Of a stretch of DNA of 58,857 nucleotides, positions 8,901 through 16,154 are shown one piece after another. Numbering within the stretch: the stretch's first letter is position 1; every line of letters begins with the position of its first letter. The position numbers and the translations under genes were made by a program. Source of the stretch: an uncultured Candidatus Saccharibacteria bacterium (GTDB taxonomy: Bacteria; Patescibacteriota; Minisyncoccia; Phycocordibacterales; UBA2100); the NCBI GenBank assembly GCA_964623775.1, contig CAZUVH010000002.1:176454-235310 (forward strand), given 5' to 3'. The notes under the pieces are model-generated. The model made no database searches and had not been told where the DNA came from. It was given only the letters and a program-made list of their open reading frames with translations.

Positions 8901-9412
8901 AGATCTTTGAGCGGGAGACCGTTGATGTAATCGGCCTTGCCGAGCGGGACGCCATTTTTGCGCGCAATCGCGTACGCTATCGTGACGTGAAAGAGAAAAT
9001 TCGGGATTGCATACCCGGTCGCGTACTCCGTACCAGTCATGTATTTATTGGGGTAATACGAGAGCGAGATCTTGCGATCTCCCGCGCCTTCAAAATCCGC
9101 TTCAGTCGCGCTTTGCACAAATGCAATCGTCTTGTCGATGCGTTCATGCAACTGGGTGAATGTGGTCTCCGTGTCCTCCATCTTTGGGTTTTCCTTGCCG
9201 GTGAGGCGTGAGACCGCGCCCTTGGCGTTGTCGCTTGCGATCTGAATCTGTCGCTTAAAAGGAAACATGTCGGGCGCGAGCGCGTCGTTGAGGAAAGCAT
9301 CTTCGCTCACGCCCTTTTCTTTTATATGCGCCTCGGCTTTTGTAAGGACAGTCTTCAGTCCTCCGAGCATTTTGATAAAGACAGGAGTGGTAATCGAATA
9401 GATGTTGATCAT
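8897..9412 (-). CDS. DUF1993 family protein
   Basis: Start moved from 9499 to the ATG at 9412 (MINIYSITTPVFIKML..). APDMFPFKRQIQIASD and PNFLFHVTIAYAIARKNGV match DUF1993 as I recall it. The stop overlaps the arsR start (ATGA). Confidence 0.7.
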   Translation of the reverse strand: MINIYSITTPVFIKMLGGLKTVLTKAEAHIKEKGVSEDAFLNDALAPDMFPFKRQIQIASDNAKGAVSRLTGKENPKMEDTETTFTQLHERIDKTIAFVQSATEADFEGAGDRKISLSYYPNKYMTGTEYATGYAIPNFLFHVTIAYAIARKNGVPLGKADYINGLPLKDL

Positions 9413-9513
9413 ATATGCGAATATTAGCATATTTCTATATTTTCGTGCAAGCGGTTTTACATTTTTGGTGCCCAGATGTACATTTGCCGCAGGAATCATA
9501 GGAGGAGAGTTCC

Positions 9514-9867
9514 ATGACCGATCCGATCATACTCGTCTCGTCGCTAGTGGCAGTGGGCGTCCCCGCTACCATCATTTTTTGCATAGCAAAGTACTGGAAA
9601 ACAGCCTGGTGGCTTGGCCTCGCGTCGAGCGTCGCCGCTATACTCGTTTGTTTTCTTATGGCTCTCGAGGTGGATCCGACATCTCGGCAAGATACAAGCG
9701 TCAAACTTATGTGGGCAATCCTCTGGCTCGGCGGCTGCTTCGGAATTGTGGCCTGCTTCGCCTCAGGAATCCTCTGGTATTACGATCGATCCGAAAAGCG
9801 CAATCCCCCGCGGACCATGCGAGATATTGCGTATCCACCAAAACGATTCAACAAATACGACGTTTGA
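9514..9867 (+). CDS. small multi-TM membrane protein, hypothetical
   Basis: 117 aa. GGAGGAG SD before the ATG. Three to four hydrophobic helices. Confidence 0.6.
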   Translation: MTDPIILVSSLVAVGVPATIIFCIAKYWKTAWWLGLASSVAAILVCFLMALEVDPTSRQDTSVKLMWAILWLGGCFGIVACFASGILWYYDRSEKRNPPRTMRDIAYPPKRFNKYDV

Positions 9868-9875
9868 GTTCAATC

Positions 9876-9910
9876 AAAAACCACCCCGAGCTGGGGTGGT
9901 TCTTTTTTTA
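9876..9910. terminator. bidirectional intrinsic terminator
   Basis: AACCACCCC-GAGCT-GGGGTGGTT stem flanked by an A-tract and a T-tract (T8 downstream). Confidence 0.8.
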
Positions 9911-9916
9911 TTGTAA

Positions 9917-10057
9917 TTATTTCGCGCGGGACCAGGCGACTGAGCCCCGGCGCATCCCCTTCGCAGCGAGCATCTCGCGCTTTTTAGCGAGGCGCTTCGC
10001 GGTCTTCCTGGATCGCGACTTCTTCTGACGGATATCTACATACGCTCGTTTTACCAT
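9917..10057 (-). CDS. 46-aa highly basic small protein, hypothetical (below the ORF-track cutoff)
   Basis: ATG at 10057, TAA at 9917: MVKRAYVDIRQKKSRSRKTAKRLAKKREMLAAKGMRRGSVAWSRAK. It sits 26 nt after the upstream stop and directly before the terminator. The SD is weak (AAGGT). Confidence 0.35.
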   Translation of the reverse strand: MVKRAYVDIRQKKSRSRKTAKRLAKKREMLAAKGMRRGSVAWSRAK

Positions 10058-10083
10058 ACGGCTGTTTATACCTTAGATTTCTA

Positions 10084-11865
10084 TTACTGACAACTGGTCG
10101 TGAACTGCTTCATGCGTGTCTTGTCGCCGTTGTAGCGATTGCGAAGCATGGTGAAGAGTCTGCTGATGGCACGCTGCACTTCCTTGGCCTCAAACACCTG
10201 CTCAGGATTAGTGCGATGCGTCTCAAAACCATTGTCTTCCACCGTGAGCGTACAGCGACTCACCCATCTATTATTGGCACACTGTTCCCACCGCGTACAG
10301 GTAAGCGTGAGTTTCTTGATACGGTACTCGAGCCAATAATCTCCAAGTCGCTGCTTATCCTGCATGATGGTGTAGAGCTCATGCATTGATTTAGTGAGGT
10401 TGTCGATGCCCTTGTCGTACCACTCGAGGAAATCCGGAAATTCCACCGCGTCAGCTGCTCCCGAGAGCGATTTATCGAGATACGCGTCCGCACCGCCCTT
10501 CATCTGCTTGCCCATCATAAAGACGTCTTTGATGGTCTGGAGATAATCGACAAATTTCATCGCCTCATTGCCCGCATCTGAGTAGATCCTGTCTTGTTTG
10601 AGCACCACACTCGGTAGATCGAGAATGGATACGTCGATCGACTCGTTGCGCTCATTACGCTTCTCGCCGTCGATGCAGACGCGTCGCGGCGGATCATCAT
10701 GCTTCTTTTCAGGAGGTTTTGTGCCTCCACCCGTCGTAGGAGGCGTCGTGCCTCCCTGGCCGGACTGGCCGCCATCACTTCCGCCACCATTCGTAGTCGG
10801 TCCGGAATTTCCTCCAGTTGGAGGCGGTGGAGTCGGGGGAGTTTCCGGCTTCGGTACCCCAATTCCACCGATGCAGACCTTGAGCGCTGCGGCTGCCGCT
10901 TCCCACGCAGCCTTCGCGGCTTCCATGGCGCTCTTTGCGCTTTGCCAGGTATTGTCACCTCCTGCGGCATCATAATCCTTCTTCGCTTTTTTTGCCGCAT
11001 CGGCCGCTTCATTGGCCGCACTCGCCGCTGCATCTGCCTTTGCCCCAAGCTCCTTATTTTGCCAACCCTCTTTGTGCACTTCGATATGCTCTCCTTCCCA
11101 ATCGGTCGAGCCGTGTGCGCTCCACCTGCCCCCCGCTGCTCTCGCCGCAGCATCGGCGGCATTGCGCGCATTTTGCGCATTGAGACGCGCGTCACTCGCC
11201 GACTTTTTTGCACTATCGATCGCGTCGAATTTTGCGCGCGCCGATTCGTACGCAGCTCGTGCGGCTGCTTCATCACGACGCTGCTTGGCACATGGATCAT
11301 CCTCTTCTTTGCGATCAACGAAAAGACCGTTGTTGTAGAACCACCAGCCGCCATACAAGATGAGTGCGAGTAGCGGGATCAGGAAGTAGTAGCAGTATTC
11401 ATAGAAAAAATCTTCCCAGTCTGCAAAAATTTCAGGATAATACACCGGCGCATTGGTGAGGCACGGAGCTCCATCGCCACTTTCCGATCCATCGTACGAG
11501 CACAATACCGAATCCTTCCCGTCGCTCACGTGCACCATGATCGATCCGTCGTGGCTCGTGCCATCCTCATGCGGACAACCAAAAGGCGGTATTTCGTTGG
11601 GATGCGCCCACGTCGCGCTCTCTACGACCGAATCGTGAAATAATCCGCAGGCGACGTCGCCATCCCATCTGTAGGTAAGTTGGTCGCCATCCGGATCTGT
11701 GGCCTCCACGGTGTATATGGTCACTGGTGCGACCAGATTCGCGTGGATCGGCTTTACGATCGGCGGACGATTACCATCCCCCTGCGCAAATGAGACAAAC
11801 GGAATAAAAGTAAGTAATAATAGGAGACCAAGGCCAAAAAAGGCTGAACCCCGAGCTAATTCCAT
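10084..11865 (-). CDS. bitopic membrane protein with an Ala-rich coiled-coil and a Pro/Gly-rich linker, hypothetical
   Basis: Start moved to the ATG at 11865 (MELARGSAFFGLGLLLLLTFIPFVSFAQG signal peptide). Exported domain with DPDGDQLTYRWDGD, one TM, an AAARAAYESARAKF-type low-complexity stretch and a PPTPPPPTGGNSG linker. Confidence 0.7.
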   Translation of the reverse strand: MELARGSAFFGLGLLLLLTFIPFVSFAQGDGNRPPIVKPIHANLVAPVTIYTVEATDPDGDQLTYRWDGDVACGLFHDSVVESATWAHPNEIPPFGCPHEDGTSHDGSIMVHVSDGKDSVLCSYDGSESGDGAPCLTNAPVYYPEIFADWEDFFYEYCYYFLIPLLALILYGGWWFYNNGLFVDRKEEDDPCAKQRRDEAAARAAYESARAKFDAIDSAKKSASDARLNAQNARNAADAAARAAGGRWSAHGSTDWEGEHIEVHKEGWQNKELGAKADAAASAANEAADAAKKAKKDYDAAGGDNTWQSAKSAMEAAKAAWEAAAAALKVCIGGIGVPKPETPPTPPPPTGGNSGPTTNGGGSDGGQSGQGGTTPPTTGGGTKPPEKKHDDPPRRVCIDGEKRNERNESIDVSILDLPSVVLKQDRIYSDAGNEAMKFVDYLQTIKDVFMMGKQMKGGADAYLDKSLSGAADAVEFPDFLEWYDKGIDNLTKSMHELYTIMQDKQRLGDYWLEYRIKKLTLTCTRWEQCANNRWVSRCTLTVEDNGFETHRTNPEQVFEAKEVQRAISRLFTMLRNRYNGDKTRMKQFTTSCQ

Positions 11866-11971
11866 ATGTGGACATAATACCGTCTTCCCCTCCAAAGCAA
11901 AGTAACCACAAACGCATCTTTCTTGCGTTTGTGATTCAGGCCGATGCATTGCGAAGGTTCAGTTTCTGCCG

Positions 11972-11977
11972 TACAGT
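11972..11977 (+). promoter_or_regulatory. -10 hexamer TACAGT 6 nt before the ATG at 11984; leaderless design
   Basis: TACAGT, then ttctct, then ATG. There is no SD. Confidence 0.4.
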
Positions 11978-11983
11978 TTCTCT

Positions 11984-12310
11984 ATGAAAACAACCGTAGA
12001 CAAACTAAAAAACAACCGGACGCTTATTATGGCGCTCACGTATCTCGTCTTTTTCCTCCCCCGCTTCACGCAGTACAAGGCCGACCCCGAAATGCACTAC
12101 CACATGAAGCAGGCGCTCGGGATTTTCGTAGCATCCTTTGCGATACGCGGCATTCTCGGATCGCTGGCCCCTCTCGGCATGCCCTACGGATCGGTGATGC
12201 TCCTCCAGACTACTACCCTCGTCTACATCTTCCTCGGCATACACAATGTCGTCTACGGCAGAATGCGGCCTCTTCCTTACATCGGCAAATACGCCGAGCG
12301 AGTCTTTTAA
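11984..12310 (+). CDS. small membrane protein (DUF4870-like, tentative)
   Basis: 108 aa with three hydrophobic helices. The stop is 1 nt before the next ATG. Confidence 0.55.
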   Translation: MKTTVDKLKNNRTLIMALTYLVFFLPRFTQYKADPEMHYHMKQALGIFVASFAIRGILGSLAPLGMPYGSVMLLQTTTLVYIFLGIHNVVYGRMRPLPYIGKYAERVF

Positions 12311-12311
12311 C

Positions 12312-12707
12312 ATGAGCGTCCCAGTAAAGAAGACGGTATTAATCGTGGAAGACGAGCCAGAAATCCGAGGACTCTACGCACGTAAACTCATTGAATCAGG
12401 CTACGTAGTACTCAATGCGCAAGACGGCGCAGAAGGACTCGAGCTCGCACTTGAGAAGCGGCCCGATATTATCCTTCTTGATTACATGCTCCCAAAGATG
12501 AACGGCCTCGACATGCTCAAGAAACTGCGCGGGCACAATGAATGGGGTCAGCACGTGCCGACGATCATGCTCACCAACATCAGCCCCGACAATTCCATGT
12601 ACGAAAAGATTGTCGATACGACACCCACGTACTATCTCATCAAAAGCAACAGTAGCCCCGACGACATCGCCGAGAAGATCCGCGAACGCCTCGCAGAGCA
12701 AAACTAG
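12312..12707 (+). CDS. stand-alone response regulator receiver (CheY-like)
   Basis: Start moved to the ATG at 12312. Motifs VLIVEDEPEIR and DIILLDYMLPKMNG (phospho-acceptor Asp region). No output domain. Confidence 0.85.
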   Translation: MSVPVKKTVLIVEDEPEIRGLYARKLIESGYVVLNAQDGAEGLELALEKRPDIILLDYMLPKMNGLDMLKKLRGHNEWGQHVPTIMLTNISPDNSMYEKIVDTTPTYYLIKSNSSPDDIAEKIRERLAEQN

Positions 12708-12716
12708 GTTCCTTAT

Positions 12717-15700
12717 TTACTTAACAATTTCGTAACGAATTCGAGCGGTGTCAACTCGCTTCCCATCGCTTTCATTTCCCACTGTAAAGGGGATCGTGAT
12801 CTTCAATTCTTTCTCTGCGCGCGATCCCATCCCGTCGCTGACAAGTTTTTTGATTGCAGCTCCCGAATATCCGGAGGAAAACGCGTTTGTTATCTTATTT
12901 CTTAAATCTCTTGATACGCCAATGTTGCAAGAGACCACGTAGTCGTCAATACTGACTTTTTTCAAGCTAAGTTCAAGCGAATCGAAAGTAGCGATCGTAC
13001 GGAACCCCTCAAATCGCGAACCAAGACCAAAACGTAGCAAATCGGTCGCCGGAATCTCATGTGGCACACCCCGCATCTCTTCTGTCCGGAAAGAAAAATT
13101 CTTGTACGGCCCATCTCCCGTCACGGTAAAACGCTCTTTTGAATCGAACTCTTCGCGAAGGTCATCAAAAAACGCCCCTACTTCCGAATCTTGATTTGCA
13201 AAGTACCTGCTCAGCTCGGCATCATAATCAGCATACCGAAATACTGAAGCGGTATTTTCAGGAATATTTTCAAGTGCAGGTGCCCGCCTTTTTTCCTGCT
13301 CAGTGAGTGCAAGTCCTGCTGCCGGACCCACCTTATAGATCTCTGTGCCGATATATCGTGACGCGACAGGAAGCCCGTCGTTGATTTCGGGGACCGAGAA
13401 CGCTTCAGTGCGAGCAGATTGCCTTGAACGTGCGGTGTCGATATAAAGAACATCGTCGAGATTTTTTCGAAACCCCTCGATATATGCGAGGAATTCACTT
13501 TGAGTGTTGAAGGTTTTGTTTTCTATATAACCAAAGCTATCGATCGTGACAGACTCAATCAAGCCTTCCTTCTCGCGAAGCTCGACTCGATCTCCTTCCT
13601 GATTCACAATTGCAACTGGATCACGTCGAATCACTCGCAATAATCGGTCGGTGTTAGACAAAAAATCTGTGAGGTCTTCACGAAACGAAAGTCTCTCTGG
13701 ATCAGTGAACTCGACCAACTTGTCGGTCTTGTCTTCAAACCCGTGCGCATAGACGTAGTGGTCACCGTAAAAACGCTCTACTCCGCCATCCTTTCCTGTG
13801 GCAACCACCATTATATTATTCCCGTCTCTCTCGAGTCTTTCGGCCCGGAGCCCGGGATGCGGATAGATGCGATGGTAGTATGATTCAATTTTTTCGCGAG
13901 GAAACTCAAGAGCGAGCTGGTGATAGCGGACGCGACACCCTTCGACGAAAGCTTCTTTCGTGGGGAATGATTGTCCGATCCAATCAATTCGTTCCACGAA
14001 ATCAAGCTGCGTCGTGCTCATGCCGACCTGGCTTTCGTACCCGAGTATGACACCGACAATCACCTTCATCCCATCGCCCTCGCCTGATACAACAAGGTTT
14101 TTTATACCTTTCATTGGGAAGGGGTTCTCCGGGTCACTGAGGCGCCTTGCGGCTTGCGCAAAAGACATAACTTTTGCGTCATTCCCGTTTTCGTATTCTT
14201 CCTTTTCTGCCACAAGAATATTTCGCGTCCCTGCATCCGATTGATTGAGTGTTATTTTTTCCTCGCCGATCCCGGTCGTAAATATCACCCGATCGATTTC
14301 CACTTCGACTACCCTGCCGCCTCTTTTATCGACGAACCCGACCACGTAATTTCCGAGAGCTCTATCCAAACCCCCGTAGGGCTTCCGTATATGACGGACA
14401 TCAGCACCGGTAAGCGTTTCGCCGGAGAGAAATTGATTAATTCGCGCGTGTTCGCCGTACGACGACTGATGCGGGTACGCCTCCATGCTCGTGTCTGCGG
14501 GGCTCGTAGCTGCATAGTCACTGAACGTGCTCAGTGTCTGTGCGGTGCCTGGAAGTGCCGGCTCATCGCGTAGCATTTTGCGCACTCGGTTGTTTTTACG
14601 AAAAAGAGGTGATTGCATTTGCGCGAATTGACCGCCGATTCGCATATCTCGTTCGAACGTGAGGGCCGGATTGCTTGGGACAATCATCTGTCTGTTGACA
14701 TTCCATATCGCTGCGTGCACGCCGCTCCCAATTACACCTTGTGCAACGTACCGGCGCCTTTGCCCATCCAAAAGCTCCAATATATTACGCGAGCGATTTT
14801 CTACCGTCTCGTCGATCGCCATATCAAGAAGCGGCCTCGTCCGCTTGCCCATCATGAGCCCGACAAGCATCGGCGTGAGTGCTCGGTGCTTTTCGTCTCC
14901 ACGCTGCAGTGCAAGAATCTCTTTTCGCCGCGAAAGCATGGTGTCATATTCATGACGGAGCTCCGGATCCTGGAGCATACGCGAGAGAGCCTGAAACGGG
15001 ACGCTCCGACGCAAATGCTGTACGCGATCTCGAAGCGCTTCACGGTGTTTCAGATCTCTCTCAGCGTTAAGATCTTTCTCATTCTCATCAGAAAAAGAAT
15101 CAAAATCATCATCGGGAAAAGGGTCGTCGTCAAAAGAAGATTCGAAGGAGTCACGAAAAGGATCATCGAGCCTGCTTTGTATTCGTCTTTCTGCTTCAAG
15201 CTGTCCGTAACGTTGCTGTATTCGCTCATCTTCGAGCCGTCGGAAGCGCTCTCGTTCTCGTTCTGCCTGCCTCTCTTTCAGCTTTCTCAGGGCTTCTTCT
15301 TGAAGTCTTTTTAAAATCTCAGGGTCCACGTCTCCCGGTCGATTTCTTAAAGACACATCACGGGTACCGTCCGGCAACGGCCGTGCCGGTTTGAGTTCAG
15401 TCGTAGGAACAGGAATTTCTGTCTTTTCTTCTTCAATGATTGTCGATACGAGGACACCCATGCCCGGCTGATCAGGCCGAGTATTCTCTCGCACTTGCAC
15501 AGAATATCCCTTGAAAGGGTCGAGCTTGAAATCCGGAGGAAGATCTTTTTTTCTGATAACGATTTTTTTTCCTTCGAGCGTTTCACCACGATATTCAGTG
15601 ATTTCCTGTTTCTTATTAAAAGCGGCCTTTAGCCGTAAATTATTTATGACTTCCAATGTTGACTCGTTTTGAGAGATGGATTCTTTCTTTTCGTTTTTTT

Positions 15701-15725
15701 TTCGATTTGGAAATCCTTCGATCAT
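12717..15725 (-). CDS. large (about 1000 aa) hypothetical protein with a charged N-terminal region and two dinucleotide-binding-like motifs
   Basis: The ORF runs to a TTG at 15836; the first ATG is at 15725, so the start is uncertain. ERERERFRRLEDER and DDDPFPDDDFDSF low-complexity stretches, then VIGSGVHAAIW (GxGxxA), VVSGEGDGMKV and YKVGPAAG. Confidence 0.65.
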   Translation of the reverse strand: MIEGFPNRKKNEKKESISQNESTLEVINNLRLKAAFNKKQEITEYRGETLEGKKIVIRKKDLPPDFKLDPFKGYSVQVRENTRPDQPGMGVLVSTIIEEEKTEIPVPTTELKPARPLPDGTRDVSLRNRPGDVDPEILKRLQEEALRKLKERQAERERERFRRLEDERIQQRYGQLEAERRIQSRLDDPFRDSFESSFDDDPFPDDDFDSFSDENEKDLNAERDLKHREALRDRVQHLRRSVPFQALSRMLQDPELRHEYDTMLSRRKEILALQRGDEKHRALTPMLVGLMMGKRTRPLLDMAIDETVENRSRNILELLDGQRRRYVAQGVIGSGVHAAIWNVNRQMIVPSNPALTFERDMRIGGQFAQMQSPLFRKNNRVRKMLRDEPALPGTAQTLSTFSDYAATSPADTSMEAYPHQSSYGEHARINQFLSGETLTGADVRHIRKPYGGLDRALGNYVVGFVDKRGGRVVEVEIDRVIFTTGIGEEKITLNQSDAGTRNILVAEKEEYENGNDAKVMSFAQAARRLSDPENPFPMKGIKNLVVSGEGDGMKVIVGVILGYESQVGMSTTQLDFVERIDWIGQSFPTKEAFVEGCRVRYHQLALEFPREKIESYYHRIYPHPGLRAERLERDGNNIMVVATGKDGGVERFYGDHYVYAHGFEDKTDKLVEFTDPERLSFREDLTDFLSNTDRLLRVIRRDPVAIVNQEGDRVELREKEGLIESVTIDSFGYIENKTFNTQSEFLAYIEGFRKNLDDVLYIDTARSRQSARTEAFSVPEINDGLPVASRYIGTEIYKVGPAAGLALTEQEKRRAPALENIPENTASVFRYADYDAELSRYFANQDSEVGAFFDDLREEFDSKERFTVTGDGPYKNFSFRTEEMRGVPHEIPATDLLRFGLGSRFEGFRTIATFDSLELSLKKVSIDDYVVSCNIGVSRDLRNKITNAFSSGYSGAAIKKLVSDGMGSRAEKELKITIPFTVGNESDGKRVDTARIRYEIVK

Positions 15726-15829
15726 ACGAATTCTCGTACAGTTATTGTAGCAAGTAATAACGAACGAGAAACGCATCCAGGTGGAAAACGGACCCGAAAT
15801 TAGGGCGCTAAATAAGGAGTTTTTAGGGC

Positions 15830-15857
15830 TTGACAAATAATTTATATGTGATAGGAT
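15830..15857 (+). promoter_or_regulatory. near-consensus sigma70-type promoter (TTGACA, 16 nt, TGaTAGGAT)
   Basis: TTGACA at 15830-15835, a 16-nt spacer, and the extended -10 TGATAGGAT at 15849-15857. This is the only perfect -35 I found paired with an extended -10. Confidence 0.55.
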
Positions 15858-15863
15858 TCCAGT

Positions 15864-16154
15864 AGATATAGGAGGTTCACCGAGGGTTGAGCTGTAATAG
15901 CGTCAGCTAACGCCAAAACAGTTTAATCTGAGGTAAAGTGCCCACTCTCACGGGTTCGGAAGGGAGAGAAGTTGGGGAGATCGGATCTGCAAGGACGAGT
16001 CCGGCCGGACGATTCCTTGGATACCTACTCTTTAACTTGGTGGTTTCCTAGTAGGAAACTGGGCATAACGGAAGGGGTCGCTCCCTTGCCTGCTCGTAGC
16101 TGAGCTGAACCGGAAGTAACCCCCCATCTCAATGAGGTGGGGGGGTTTTATTTT
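15864..16154 (+). ncRNA. candidate structured small RNA of about 290 nt, family unknown
   Basis: It lies between the promoter above and a strong terminator. There is no ATG until 16132. Serial hairpins at 15941-15977, 15990-16019, 16043-16059 and 16072-16087. It is antisense in orientation to both flanking genes. Confidence 0.45.
16118..16154 (+). terminator. intrinsic terminator on the plus strand
   Basis: AACCCCCCA..TGGGGGGGTT stem followed by TTTTATTTT. It overlaps the last codons of the convergent minus-strand gene. The minus-strand reading has no T-tract. Confidence 0.75.

Noticed and set aside
15864-16154. Interpreting the orphan RNA locus as RNase P RNA, tmRNA, SRP RNA, 6S RNA, or a riboswitch/T-box leader.
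   Set aside because: There are partial look-alikes: GAGGUAAAGUGCC versus the RNase P GAGGAAAGUCC; UUCGGAAGGGAGAG versus SRP helix 8; GCUAACGCCAAAACAGUUUAA as a tag-like frame; UUGGUGGUUUCC versus the T-box.

The required partner elements are missing: the P4 3' strand, the AGCA loop, the T-arm with CCA end, and a downstream plus-strand gene. I therefore leave the family unassigned pending a covariance-model search.
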